In this document: positions 1 to 13,329 of the stretch, one piece after another
Numbering within the stretch: the stretch's first letter is position 1
Layout: each line of letters starts with the position of its first letter
Origin: Antechinus flavipes
Taxonomy: Eukaryota
Direction of reading: 5' to 3'
Assembly: GCF_016432865.1 (NCBI RefSeq)
Contig: NC_067401.1
Location: forward strand, 73,098,001 to 73,162,000
DNA: 64,000 bases
The notes under the pieces: generated by a model
Databases searched by the model: none
The model's input: the letters and a program-made list of their open reading frames with translations, nothing else
What the model was told of the DNA's origin: nothing
Program-made: the position numbers and the translations under genes

Positions 1-1257
1 TAAACTAAGGATCACAAAAGAAAGATTCAAAACACATTTCAAAACAATCTGTGTGCTTGAGAGAAAAGCACATTAATGACCTTTCTCATTAGCTGTTGCT
101 CCAACAGAGATGTGTTCCAGCAGTATCCGATGCTTCCTTCCTGTCAGGGCCTCCACCCAGGGCAATTTTAAACACTCATATTGTATTATATCCAAGCCAT
201 TGCTAAGGATATGGCTGAGTTAAACTTTGAGGACATTGTATTTACTGTTTATTAATATCCTCTAAGTTTAATCTTTGTGTGTGTGAATGTGCATGCAATA
301 ATAATATTCGCTTTTACTAAGCCAGGTCTGTGGAAATCAGTAGAAAATGTACTTTATGAAATCAGAATAGCTTAATGACTATCACAGTGCTTAACCTTTT
401 CAATAACAATAATAATAATTTCATACCTTGTTAATACTTCAAAAAGTAACCAAAATACATCTACTAATCTCTAAGTCCTTTCGTCTACATAAAAAAAGAT
501 TTTGAGAGTAATTTATGCATCCATTAAGGATTATTAATAATAAGGTTATTAAAAGTATCAGAAAGGGAAGTGAGATTTCAAAGTGGATGACATCTTCACC
601 ATCATACAACTGATTGAAAATTCTAGAGGTACAAGATCTCATCCTGACTGTTGACTACAAAAAGCATTGGCTTTAGTGAAGTTCCATTTTAAAATGCAGA
701 TATTAAAATCATACAAGTTTCCATGAAAAAACATAATAATTACAACTTTATTAAATGACAACGGTCACTGACATGTTTATCAATTTTCCTTGTCATAGAC
801 ATGGAGGTGATTCAACACTGACCTCAACTGCAAGAAAGAACCTTTGTAAAGGAGGTAATGGTGAGGTCTTTTATATGCTTCTGTTTTTGGATGCCATTGT
901 GCAGGTTATATTAAATTGTCTCCTAGACAAGATCCAGACTCATTCAGAAGAATTTATCCTAATCATCCACATAGAAAAAGCAAAGTGGATAAAGAATGTT
1001 CATTGTCTAGATTATGACCTGAAAATATAATGGACAACCTGTAGAGCTCATCCATATGTGTCTATATATGAACATGAATACATGTATGCAATATATATGC
1101 ATATATGTATGTATACATGTGTATATGTATAAATTTATTATATAGATGTTAGAAATGGAAAACAAATAGGGTCCATCATTAAACAGAAAGAGGAAAAAGG
1201 GTTGGATTGACTTCAGGAAATTATAAAAAATCTTTAATGCTAAAAATTGTTTTAACA

Positions 1258-2186
1258 TGTTCTTTTTTTCTTAAAGTTTTGAATTCCAAATTCTATTCAT
1301 TCCTCTATCCCCTCCCCCTTCCCTGAGATGATAAGCAATCAGATATAGGTTATATATATAAAATCATGTGAATGATTAAGTAAATCATGCAAAACATTTC
1401 CATATTAGTCATTTTACATAAGAAGACGAGTAAAAGAAAAAGAATGAAAGAAAGTGAAAAATAGCATATTTCAGTCTGTTTTCAATCAATGTCAGTTCTT
1501 TGTCTGGAGGCGGATGGTATGTTTCATCATTAGTCCTTGGGGATTGTTATGGATCATTGTTTTGCTGAGAATACCGAAGTCATTCACAATTCTTCACTGA
1601 ACAATATTGCTGTTACTTTGTACAGCGTTTTTCTTATTCTGTTCACTTCACTCCAAATCAGTTTGTGTAAATCTTTCCAGGTTTTTCTGAAATAATCCTG
1701 TTTGTTATTTCTTATACTACAATAATATGCCATCAAAATTATATACCATCTTGTTTAGCCATTCTTTAATTGCTGGGCATTCCTTTGATGTCTAATTCTT
1801 AGCCACCACAAAATGAACTACTATAAAATATTTTTGTATAAATAAGTTCTTCCCCCCATCCTCCTTTATTTGGATATCTTTGGAATATAGACCTAGCAGT
1901 GGTATTCCTACACCAAAAAGTATGCACATTTGTAAAGCCTTTTGGGCATAATTCCAATTTACTCACTAGAATGGTTGAATCATTTCACACCTCCAGCAAC
2001 AGGGCATTGGTGTCCCAGTTTTCCCACATTACTTCCAACATCCATCATTTTCCTTTTTTGTCTTATAAACCAATCTGATAGATGTGAGGTGATTCTTCAG
2101 AGTTGTTTTAATTTGCATTTCTCTAATCAATTCTAAGTTAGAGTGTTTTTTCCATGATTACAGATAGCTTTCTTTGTCTGAAAACT
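1258..2186 (-). mobile_element. L1 3' UTR and ORF2 C-terminal fragment
   Basis: T-rich left end followed by the antisense L1 signature TCTGATAGATGTGAGGTGA...GTTTTAATTTGCATTTCTCTAAT (HLTxxR motif region) near 2075-2130. Confidence 0.85.
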
Positions 2187-2906
2187 TTGCTAATATTTCA
2201 TTTAAAATGTTTGCACCAATATTTATTAGGGAAATTGATCTATAATTTCTTTCTCTGTTTTGGCTCTTTCTGATTTAGGTATCAGAACCGTATTTGTATC
2301 ATAAAGGGAATTTGATAAGACTCCTTCATTGCCTATTTTTCCAACTAGTTTGTATAATATTGGAATTAATTGTTCTTTAAATATTTGGTAGAATTTGCTT
2401 GTGAATCCATCTGGTTCTGAGAATATTTTTTTCTTAAGTTCATTGATGGCTTGTTCAATTTCTTTACCTAAGATTGGGTTATTTAAGTATTTTATTTCTT
2501 CTTCTGTTAATATGAGTAATTTATATTTTGTGGATATTCATCCATTTCATTTAGATTTTCAAATTTTTTGAAATATAATTGAACAAAATAGCTCCTAACA
2601 ATTGTTTTAATTTCTTTTTCATTGGTGGTAAATCCACCCCTTTCATTTTTAATATTGGTAATTTGATTTTCTTCTTTACTTTTTTTTAAATCAAACTAAT
2701 CAACTATTTTTCTATTTTGGGGTTTTTTGTGTTTTTTTTTTGGTAAAACTAGCTTCTAGTTTTATTTATTAGTTCAATGATTTTCTTACTTTTGATTTTA
2801 TTTATGTCTCCTTTGGTTTTCAGGATTTCCAGTTTGATATTTAGAGGTTTTTAAATTTGTTCTTTTTCTTCAAGTTGCATACCCAATTCAATGATCCACT
2901 CTTTCT
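2187..2906 (-). mobile_element. L1 ORF2 internal fragment (region before the RT core)
   Basis: The reverse complement reads as degenerate PDGFT-EFYQ-FKE-LIP-L-KL and NYR-ISL-NI-A-ILN-ILA, the L1 ORF2 motifs. Confidence 0.85.
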
Positions 2907-4744
2907 ATATCACAAAGATTAAATACTATAACCAGGTGGGATTTATACAATAAGATGGGAGCCTTACTCGTGGATTGCCTGAAGCTTGGAGCCTTACTGC
3001 AAGCCCCTACTGCTCTTGGACCTAGCTCCCCTCCTATCCCAGAAAGGCAGACCTTTTTTGCTGTGCCAATAAGCTGCTTTCCTGCTCCTATTAAAGTTTT
3101 TTTTAATACCAATAATGCTACAGAGTTGTTGTGCACCTAGGGGTCATGGAATACTATAGGCTCCTCAGAATTAAAACTGAGTTTCTCTCAAAGAGTAATG
3201 GAAAAGCACTAGACCGCTATATAATTAATAAATTATTACAAAGAAAGGAAATTACAAATGGTAAAGAAGATGGACTGGTTGTACTGTGAAAAACAAGACA
3301 ACTCACAAATCTCCACTGGCACCTGTGTGATGTCAGGAGAAAGAGGAAGACTTCCAATATGCTGAATGGACTCCTTATAGCAAATATGTGGGGGGATATG
3401 GACAAAAGTGACCTAGGTGGGGCAGGCATGGATTTATTCAGTCATGGGAAATAATGGGAGATATGCTTCAGTTGGGCTGGACCATCAAATATATAAAGCA
3501 AAGTAATATGAAACAAGCTTGTTTGAAACCCTGAAAGACAGGATTGTATTAGATTGTAGAAAATGTAGAAAGATAGGTGGGAAAATCAGAATTTGATTGG
3601 GTAGACAATAAGGAATCACTGCAGAGTTTTAATATGAATAATATGAGCAATAACAACATAGACAGAGAAGGTAAACCTATCAACAATACACATGATGGAT
3701 TGAACAGAGGAATGTGGACATGGGAAAATGTATGACAAGGTTATTGCAATAGTCTGCCTAAAAAGGCCTAAAAAGACAGTGGCAATGGAGAGACCTTTTA
3801 GAGACAGAATCAACAATAATTCTATTTATTAGATATGAGAGGATATATTATAAATTGAATTTGATTTTTTTTCCAAGGAAACAATATTATAATGGTGGTA
3901 GTGGGAAGTCTATATTATTGAACAAGGGCTTACTATCCACCTTTTTGTAGAAATGTCCATGAATAACATGTTTAACTATAAATTATATGCCTACAGAGTA
4001 TCCAGGTTCTTAAAGTCTATATTGGTAGAATAAACAAACCACCTAGTAACTAGCTATCTTTTCAATGATATTTAATGTGATTAGTATTAGTATGCTGTAC
4101 TTCTTATAAATTTTTTGCCCTAATTACTGAGTTATTTTTTGGGTAACAGATCAAAGTCAATACACACTTTCATCTGAGTCATGGAATTCAGAAGGACTTT
4201 TCTGGGAAATTTTCCTAAGTGCCTCTGAGGAAACTTAAGACCACTTGATTTCTGAGAAATTGATCTAGAGATGTCTGTTTTGCTGCTCTTGTTTTCTCAT
4301 TGCAAATTTCCCAAATATCAGAGGTGACTTCGTTGGTTGTTCTGCTGTTTTTTAAAACAGAAAATTTCTGCTTTCTTGAAATGCTTTCTCACCTGTACTA
4401 GTAGCTTCATGCACAAGACATAATTTTCTTTCAGATGTATGAAACAACCTTTCATCCCACAGAATTTTTTTATCCTTTTAACACTTTACTGTAATATTGC
4501 TTCATAATTTCAAAAAGCCCCAATAATTTGTTTTGAACTGTGACTCCCATAGAACTATGTTTCATCATGAATTCACAAAAGTCTTTCCATCTTAGCCATG
4601 AGTCTTTATGATAAAGAACTGAAATTATCTTCTAGCATCATTTTCTTCTCTTTGATAGCCAATTTTTTTTCTGTTCAGGCCAGAAACTCTGAGGGTCTTC
4701 CGCTCCAAAACAGATATCTTTGGAATGGTAAATTGGGCCATTTT

Positions 4745-4990
4745 TTATCTTAATTTTTACCTAGTTCTTAGTCATTGAATGAATATGGCCTCTGGCAATA
4801 TTATCTAGAAAATATTTAATTTACAAAGGCCAAGATCACCTACTGCATGCTGGGCCATTGCCAGTCATCTTGACCTTTGTCTTGCCACTGGACTGTTGGA
4901 GGAGAAATTAAAGCTGATGCCTTTATGCAGCTCTGATTCATTCAAATCCAATTCACTCACCCTTATGATGATACAGGTCCTATTCCAGAA
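4745..4990. mobile_element. Marsupial WALLSI-like (RTE-related) SINE fragment
   Basis: GGGCCATTGCCAGTCATCTTGACCTTTGTCTTGCCACTGGACT...GCAGCTCTG...AAATCCAATTCACT resembles a recalled marsupial SINE consensus. A second copy at 20345-20505 is similar. Family name uncertain. Confidence 0.6.
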
Positions 4991-5194
4991 TGGAGAAGAA
5001 CAATAGCCATTTTTAGAAATTTTATTTGATATGTGATTTTGTAGTAATGAGGCTGACCTCTCAGGAAATGTGCCAGCATTTGAGTATCTAATGGATATAA
5101 TTAGTTAAATGTGGGTAAATGCATATGCAAAAAATCCAATCTCATGTGTGAAGAACTCCTTGTAGAGTGAAACCTTATTAATTCAGAGGCTTAA

Positions 5195-5370
5195 TTCAGA
5201 AAACTGGAGTGGTTTACCATTTCCTTCCTCAGTATGTCCCCATTTTATAGCTGAGAAACTGAAGTAATAGGGGTTAAATGATTTACTCAAAGTCACATAC
5301 CTAGTGTTTGAGGTTAGATTTGAATTCAGGTCTTCCTGATTCTAAACACAGCATTCTGTGCCACCTAGCT
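5195..5370 (-). mobile_element. MAR1-type CORE-SINE
   Basis: Antisense CTGGAGTGGTTTACCATTTCCTTC (RTE/Bov-B-like tail) joined to the CORE sequence CCCATTTTATAGCTGAGAAACTGA and a tRNA-like head ending GCCACCTAGCT. Confidence 0.8.
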
Positions 5371-6339
5371 ATACCATCTTTTTCTCTGTAACCCTCATTT
5401 GCTTTTAATGTTTACCTCAAATACTATCTATTTTAAAAGACCTTTCCTGACCCCCCCCAAATATTATTGCTTCCACCCAAAAAATTACTGGATAAATATA
5501 GAGTGGGGTGATCAAGGGAATCCTTGATTTACTGGACTGGAGCATCTCCCATGCAACTGAATTCAGGCCTTGGCTCCTTGCTGAGCAATATTTGCTTTGC
5601 TAAGATAACAAAAGGAACTGTGTGCAATGAACATGGATACAACAAAAATGATTGGTAACAAAGAATAAGTAGGTGGCCTCTAGCTAGGAAGATCCATCCC
5701 TTCTGTGGGCCAGAAAAGGAGTAATTTGAATTTATCCTGTTCTTTTGTTGGTACTTTTTTCCAGGGTTTGCTGTAAGGGGAGGAGGTGGAGATGGAAGAG
5801 ACTTCTCTCCCCTTTTCAGTATTAGTCTCCTGCATAATTCCTTGCCTGCAAGAGTCATGTGCTTGTTTAGATGGACTATGTGAATTATTCAGACAGGAAG
5901 GTTTAAGGTAAATGTTCTGTTCAGTACTTCCTACAAAGTTGTCCTTATGTCCAAGAAGAAAATAATGGGTGCTATGGACTACAGGAGAGATGATATATTT
6001 TTCTAAATTATACAGGAGTCTTTTCCATCTTATGTGATTTCTGTGGTGGAAGAAGTCAACCAATTAAAAGAATTTATTAAGCACTTACTATGTGACTTTC
6101 TCTACCATGTCCCAGAAACCCCTTCATCCTGGAAGTTCACCCCCAACCTTGAATTCACACATTATAAATACCCTCTGTCCCTTCAGTCCTTACCTCTTAC
6201 TGGATGGCTCCTCCCAGAACCTTCATTTAAAGGAAGACACTCAGGCTCAGGGTTATCCCTCCCAAACAGCACCTTCCTCCAGGGAAATTCCTTATGGTCT
6301 TTCTCTCTTCCCCTTCTTTTCTTTTTAGCTTTCTTTTTT

Positions 6340-7435
6340 TGTTATCTCCCTCCATTAAAATGTCAGGTCTTTGAGGGCAGGAACCATCTTTATTTCTACT
6401 TGAATATGTATTTTCCATGCTTAGCACAATATCTGCTATCTAGTAAGCACTTAATAAAACTTGAGGACTGACTGAAAGACAATAAAGATCAAAAATACTT
6501 CTTGTTCTCTAAAAACTCACATTCTAATAGAAAGAGAACATGCAGATTTCTAGGTACATTCAAAATGTAAGCAGAATAAATGGAAGGCAATCTCTCTCCC
6601 TCCACCCCACCACCCCAGTCCGCAACACCAACCATCTTCTCTTCCTGTCTTCTCTACTATTGTACAGGGTACCACCATCTCCCCAGTCACTCAGGCTGAC
6701 GACCTGAGTGTCTTTCTTTCTCACACCTCCACAACCAATTTTGATTCTACAGCATAACATCTCTCATATACAACCCCCTTCCCTCTTTGGACACTGCTCC
6801 CATCACCATCCAACTCCTCATCACCTTGCATCTGGACTATTGCAATAACCTGATGGTTGGTCTATCTGCCACAAGTCTTTCCCTTCTGCAGTGCATCCTA
6901 TACTGGGCTATCAAAATAATCCTCCTACAATGCGGGTCTCACCATGTCGCATACAACCTTCCAATGAAATCAACCCCAAAGGCTCCCTGTTACCTACAGG
7001 ATCAGATGTAAAATCCTTTGATGTTTAAAGCTCTTCATATCCTGGACCTTTCCTCTTTTTCCAGTCTTCTTACACACTCTTTCCATCCATTTTCTCTGTG
7101 ATCTGTTGACACCATCTTCTTGTGGTCCTCCATCTCCCAAATCCAAGCATTTTCCCTGACTGTCCTCCATGCCTGGGGCACTCTATGCCCTCATTTCTAC
7201 CTCCTACTTTCCCTGGTTTCCTTCTAGTCTGGGATAGAAGGTCTCCCTTCACCTTAGTGCTTTCCTTCTAAGATTACTCCCAATTGATGCTGTCTATGTT
7301 TTGTCTACATTTGATTGTCTGCATGTCGTCTTCCCCATTAGATTATGAGCTCCTTGACAACAGAGACCGATTTTTACCTCTCTTTGCACACTGTCTGGCA
7401 CATGGTGAGTGCTTCTAGTTGCCCGACTGACTGAA
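6340..7435 (+). mobile_element. L2 fragments (3' region)
   Basis: Pyrimidine-rich L2 body (CTGGACTATTGCAATAACCT...) with typical 3' ends, e.g. GAGCTCCTTGACAACAG...CTGGCACATGGTGAGTGC...GACTGACTGA. Confidence 0.8.
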
Positions 7436-7439
7436 AGGA

Positions 7440-8230
7440 GAAGGCACTAGCAGGTAGGATACTAAGGAAGGTCTCCTGCAGAAGATGGGATCTGAGCTGA
7501 ATCTTAAAGGAAGTCGGGAAAAGGAAGAGATATAGATGAGGAGGAAGAGCTTAACAGCTATGTTGGAACAGCTGATACAAAGACACCAACATCAGATATA
7601 GGTTGTCGTGTTTGGGAAACAAGAAGTCATTCTGTCTAGATCATAGTGTGGGGAGAACAACAAAGGGCAAAAAGATTAGAAGGATAGGAAGGCGTGAGTG
7701 AACTTTAGAAAAATCACTTTGGTAGCTGAGGATGAATTGGAGTGGAGAGAGGCTTAAGGCAGGGAGACTAATTTGAAGGCTATTGCAATAGTCTGGGAGA
7801 GAGGTGACTTGAGCTAAGGAAGCTAAGGAAGTACTCACTTTGTGAGTAAGAAGGGGATGCATGTGTCATGAAAGTAGAAGTATGATTTGACAATGGACTG
7901 GGGGCAGCTAAATGACATAGTGATAGGGCACCGGCCCTGGAATCAGGAGGATCTGAGTTCAAATGCAGCCTCAGACACTTAATACTTACTAGCTGTGCAA
8001 ATTACTTAGCCCCAACGCCTCACCAAAATAAATAAATAAATAAAAATTAAAAGCCAATGGATTGGATAGATGGGGTAAATGTGAATAATGAGCTGAGGCT
8101 GTAAACCCAGGTGATGAGAGGCTCATAATGCCCTGGACATTAATAAGAAATAATAAAAATAATAAGGAAGTTCAGAAATGTGGAAGGAGCTGAAAGACAG
8201 AATCAATTTTATCTAGGCATGTTGAGTTCC
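7440..8230 (-). mobile_element. L2 fragment interrupted by a younger SINE
   Basis: Purine-rich antisense L2 (GAAGGCTATTGCAATAGTC...GAGAGGTGA), continuous across the insert at 7901-8054. Confidence 0.75.
7901..8054 (+). mobile_element. WSINE1-like short CORE-SINE with A-rich tail and target-site duplication
   Basis: GGGGCAGCTA...CACCGGCCCTGGAATCAGGAGGATCTGAGTTCAAAT...CACTTAATACTTACTAGCTG... with an (AAAT)n tail. Flanked by CAATGGACTG (7891-7900) and CAATGGATTG (8055-8064). Confidence 0.8.
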
Positions 8231-8249
8231 TTGTGCTAATGAAATCATG

Positions 8250-8870
8250 GACACAGTCCCTGTCCCCTAACCCAAGGCATAGATCTGCCCATATTGCTTT
8301 TTTGCTCAAAACCCATCTCTAGTGGTTTATTCTAGGATAAAGTACAAATTCTTTAGACTGCTATGATTTGCTTTCAACTTATCTTTCCGGCCTTATTTCA
8401 CATTTTTTCCCCTTCATGTATTCTTCATTTCTGCTGGACTGAGTTACTAATATTTCTGAATCTCTGTCTGGCATCTGATGTCACCTCTCGGCCCAAACTG
8501 TATTTTCTTCATTTGTTTTTCAGAATTTCTTCTTTTTAGGTCCAACTCAGAAATTACCTTTTTACTGTCTTTCTAGGTCATTCTTCACCTACCCACCAAC
8601 CCCTTTATCCCCCAGAAGCATGAACTCTCTTCTCAACTTTACTAAAGTGCTTTGTCTGGATCTCACCTTTACCCCTATCAGTAGACAACCTGGCATTAAC
8701 TTACTTGTGTATATGTCACCACTCTCTTATAGAATATAAATTCCTTAAGGGCAGGGACTATTATTTCAGTTTTTTTTCCATCTCTGTACCTCATCTAACA
8801 GCTAATATGGTACCTTCAGAGATAACTTTAAAAATGCTTGTTGGATTGAATTGATTTTGAGCTGGCATTA
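8250..8870 (+). mobile_element. L2 3' fragment
   Basis: Pyrimidine-rich body ending TAGAATATAAATTCCTTAAGGGCAGGGACT...AAATGCTTGTTGGATTGAATTGA. Confidence 0.7.
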
Positions 8871-9244
8871 AGTTCAGAATTCCAAGTGATCTTGGTAAAT
8901 TTGAGAATAAGACATAAGTAAATTTAATATGTCAAGGAAATATGTGAAGAAGCAAAATCAGGAAAGGAATAACCAGCCATGTGTTAGTATGCCCCCCCTC
9001 CAAAGTGTGAAAATCCATGAATTAGTAAGAAAACGTGGCACAGGATGTTTAAACATGTCTAAAATTGGATACATAATCCATGGGCAATTAAATGGGAAGC
9101 ACATGTTCTTTGTGGCCTCAGTTCCCTCATCTGCAAAACAGGAGGATTAGGATTAGGTAAAGTCTCTTTTAGCACTACAATTTGAGATCTGTGCTGGAAT
9201 AGAATGGTAGACCAGTGGAATAGGTTAGACACACACCACACAAC

Positions 9245-9520
9245 AAGCAAGCCTATAGTAATCTAATATATGATGAAACCCTAAACTCCAGCTTCTGGGA
9301 TAAGACAAAAAAAAATCCTAGGAAAACTGGGAAATAATATGTCAGAAACTCAGCAGAGAATAGGGTCAAAATGGGTACATGATTTGGGCATAAAGGCTAA
9401 TACCATAAACAAATTAGGAGAGCAAGAGATAATTTACTTATCAGATTTTTGGAGAAGAGAGGAATTTATGACCAAAGAAATAGAAAACATTGTGAAAGTC
9501 AAAATGGACAACTTTGTAAA
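9245..9520 (+). mobile_element. L1 ORF2 fragment
   Basis: ORF 9339-9545 reads SKWVHDLGIKANTINKLGEQEIIYLSDFWRREEFMTKEIENIVKVKMDNF, typical of late marsupial L1 ORF2. Confidence 0.85.
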
Positions 9521-11059
9521 TTGTAATTGTAATATATTGGACTAATTCATGGATTTGAAGTAAAAAATCCACAATTTGAATCCTTCCTTAGCTACTTATG
9601 AATAATCACATAACTTTGAGTAAGTCACTTAAACTTGTTTCTTTATCTATAAAATGAGGGGTTAGATTATTAGATAACCCCTAAGGTGTCTTCCAAATCT
9701 AAATTTATGATTTCATCCCCCAAAACTTCTGAAGTTGTCATATTCTCCTGTCTTTGCCTTTAGATAATATTCAAGAATAGCCCAAATCTTCAACTTCAAA
9801 ATCAATATTGTTTTTAAAAGGATGCATAAGACAAGTTTTCAGAGAAAAATTTATGTTTCAGTTCAGTTCACCAAACAGGTTTATAGAGTGCTGTGTTAGG
9901 CTTTGAGAGATCTGTTTTTAAGAATTCCTCATTCTCTCCGTATATTCTGCTCTCATTAACCCATCCCATTCCCAAACTATAAAACCAATTTAAGTGCAGA
10001 TCTTACTCATGGAGACCAGAAAAGGAAAAAATGACATATAAACTAAACAAAATTTGAACAACAACAACTCCATGTAAATAAATAAAAACTATATTGAAGG
10101 TTGGTATTAATGCTCTAAAACAAAATTTTGAAAAACTCTGCATGGATGAAAAGGTAAATGTTTGCCAAGATCAGAAGAGTCCTACATTCTTTCTAAATGA
10201 AACAACATCTCTAGCATCTGATTTTGCTGGTGCCCCTTGATCTGCCTGACTTACAACTTCTAACAGGGTTTTGATTTTCTCTCTGAGTCTTTTAACATGA
10301 TTAATTTGAAGAAATGTACCAACTCAAATCTTAGGAATATGGGAATCATAGAATTGGAGCTAATTGAGACCGCAGAGATTTTGTCCAATTCCTTTATTTT
10401 TACAGAGAAGGAAACTGAAACTCACAGAGTTGTAGTTGTAGTTGTAGTTGTAGAAACAATTTGTTCAAGGTTACTCAGAAAATGCAGAGCATATATGGGA
10501 TCATCCGATTCCAGGATTAATTAGAACAAATGCCATGTGATTCCAAGATATGCATAGTACAAATGAGAGGTGTCATGGTGGTCAGAGGCTTGGACTGGAG
10601 TCAGGAAGGGCTGGGTTCAGTCAGTCAGTCAACAAGAATTTATGATACGCAATGCACTGTGCCAAAATACTGGGGACATAGAAAGAACAGTTAAAAACCA
10701 AACAAAGAACTGCACAGTTCCTGCCCTCGGGGAATGTACATTTTTAATGGAGGAAATAACAGGCACCTGGGACCTTCTGAGTGTAGGAAGGTAATCTGAA
10801 AGGGACAAGCCTTACCCACTGGGAGGACCAGGAAAGGTCTACAGAAGGAAGCCAGAGTAACTAGGAAGCTAAGGGGGCTGAGCATCCAGTCTGGATGAGA
10901 TAGGGAGAGGGATGCAAGAGAAAGGGTAGGAGGCAGGAGTGTGTATTCAAGAAGAGGAGTTCACCTCTTACCTTGGACACGTGCCAGCTGGTGACCAAGA
11001 ACAAGTCCAAACCTCAGTTTCTTATCTTGGAAATAAGAAATAGCAATGTGCTTCAATGT

Positions 11060-11175
11060 TCTCATCTGTAAAATTGAGCCAGAGAAGGAAATGGCAAATT
11101 ACTCCAGTATCTTTGGCAAAAAAACTGTAAATGGGGTCTTAAAGAATTGAACATGAGTGAAACAATTAATAATGT
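11060..11175 (+). mobile_element. MAR1-type SINE 3' part
   Basis: CTCATCTGTAAAA...GAGAAGGAAATGGCAAATTACTCCAGTATCTTTG...ATGGGGTC tail. Confidence 0.75.
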
Positions 11176-11379
11176 AGATTTTTGGTGGTCTGTAATGGCC
11201 TAAAATCTAGACATTCGTTTGTGTAATATTTCTCTATGGGAAAATTTCTGGGTAAAGCATTTTGCATAATTCCCATATGTGCTTTGGTAAGTGGATTCTC
11301 ACATTTTTAACACATTCTGTAGTTACTTTGATTATTATTTTCTCCTATTGGGAAGGCTATAGAATTATTCTTCTTTTCA

Positions 11380-11840
11380 ACTTGCCTATTAAGAGTTCCA
11401 AAAGCAAATAATTATATCATCACCAAAATCATTGTAATTTTGTTTCATTTTTACCTATCCTTATTTTCTCATTTCCTTTTTCATACCATTTGTATAGTTT
11501 AAATTTCTAGAACTATATGAAATAAAGATGGTAGCAATGGGAATTCTTGCTTTTCTCTAGGTCTACTAGAAAGTTCTCTACCATTTCTTCATTACAATTA
11601 ATACTCTTTATTTTAGATAGACCCTTTTTACTATATAAAGGAATCATCTATTTCGCTATTTAGTTTTTTAAATACAAGTATTTTTTCAAAGACTTTCTAT
11701 CTACTGATACAATCATGATTTCCAATGTGCTTGTTATTAATATAAATAATCTATTTATATTATTTATAGATAATATTAAATTATATTCCTGATGTCAAAT
11801 TGATACTGCATTCCTGGTATAAATCCAACTTGAAAATAAT
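11380..11840 (-). mobile_element. Old L1 ORF2 (RT-region) fragment
   Basis: Degenerate antisense RT-region motifs, including TGCATTCCTGGTATAAATCCAACTTG (the GFIPG region). Confidence 0.6.
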
Positions 11841-12479
11841 AAAAAAACTTTTTAAATTAAAAAAAATAAAATAAAAGGTAGGATTTCATGGCTTTTAAAG
11901 TCCCTTCAGCTCTAAACCTATGTATTATAGCTCATCTTCTTATTCTCAGAGCATATTATTTCTCCTTTATCCATTCCATAAAAAACATGGGCCTAGAAAT
12001 TGTTAGACCTGGATTCTTTCCAGTTCCTGGGCCTGCCACTGCCTAGCTAGGTGCTTGGAGAAATTACTATATTTTTTCCGAGATTCCATTTTCTTCTCTG
12101 TAACATGACAGGGTCTTCTAGCTCCAACATTCCTTAACTATTGGTTCAAAAAGCTTCTAAATCCCTGTAGAGACTCTTGTATCTCTTAGTATCCTCAGTA
12201 CTTAGCAATATGTTCAGTAAATACCTATCAATAATGATAATATTGGGACATAGAATTGGGAACTATGTTATCACAAAATGGTAGCCTCTTCTTTCCAGGA
12301 TGAATTTTTGTTTCTGCATAAATTTTAGGATGGATCTTATTTGTTAACTTATCTCCTATATCTCCTCTAAAACTAAGAGGGAAGAACACCATTATTTGTC
12401 TTGTCAAATAACTTCTAGAAGCAGCAGATAATAATGTTATAAGTGAATGAAAATTATAGTTAAGTACATACAGCATTGG

Positions 12480-12680
12480 GTTTAGAGTCAAGAATACCCA
12501 AGTTCAAATCCAGCCTCAGACATTTATTAAGTGTGTGTCTCTGGAAAAGTCACATAACTCAGTTTTCTTACAGCACCTGTCTCCCAAGATTATTGCTAGG
12601 ATCCAGTGTGATAATATTTGCATTTAGCACAGTGCCTGGGACATAGAAGTCACTTCATAAATGCTAGCTAGCACCAACAA
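12480..12680 (+). mobile_element. MIR-type SINE
   Basis: GAGTCAAGAATACCCAAGTTCAAATCCAGCCTCAGAC...AAGTCAC...AGCACAGTGCCTGG. Confidence 0.75.
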
Positions 12681-13329
12681 ACATCATTATTTTATTGCGT
12701 TACAGTTTTCACAGTGAAGGGATAGACTTGATCACGATTTCTTAAACTGCGAGGTACCTGAAACACTCTGACTTCGGTTTTTTAAATGAATTTTCTATAG
12801 CTTATTAATATATACTAAAAATAATAATCTTAGAGGCTTTAACCATGAGAATTCTGTCAAAGTTTTTTGTTTTTTGTTTTTGTTTTTAACCGACGGGTTC
12901 TGCCTCTAGAGGAAAATTGTATCACCCAGGTCCCTTTTTGTTCTAAAATCTGAGGGATCCATTCTTTGGGAGCTACCCAAGCTTCCTTGGTGTCCTCCAT
13001 TCTCCACTCTCTCTCTCATGTCATATCTCTAATTAGTTGCTAGATTCTATTGATTCTACTTTTATAACACCATCTTCTCTGAGAACCACCATTGAGGACC
13101 TTCAACCTGGGCTCCTGCAGCAGCCTGCTGCTTCCCCTCTCCAATCCATCTTCCATTCAGCTGACAAATTGATCTTCCTAAAGCATAAGTGTGATCATGT
13201 CACCCTCCCTTTCCCCTCCCATTCAGTCAACCTCAGTGACCTCCTGCCACCTCCAGGATCAAATAAAAAAAACCAGTTTAAAGTTCAATATTCCCAAGTG
13301 CCCTTATAGTCTTTGTACACTTGACTCCA

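Noticed and set aside
747-1035. Possible minus-strand terminal exon (acceptor at plus 1019-1020, GHNLDNEHSLSTLLFLCG*, AATAAA at plus 747-752)
   Set aside because: Weak pyrimidine tract and unrecognised peptide. AATAAA is common in AT-rich DNA, and I found no upstream exons to connect it to.
5680-6471. ORFs 5680-6063 (-, 127 aa) and 6034-6471 (+, 145 aa)
   Set aside because: No recognisable domain. The plus ORF runs through L2 3'-end remnants, and neither has supporting splice structure.
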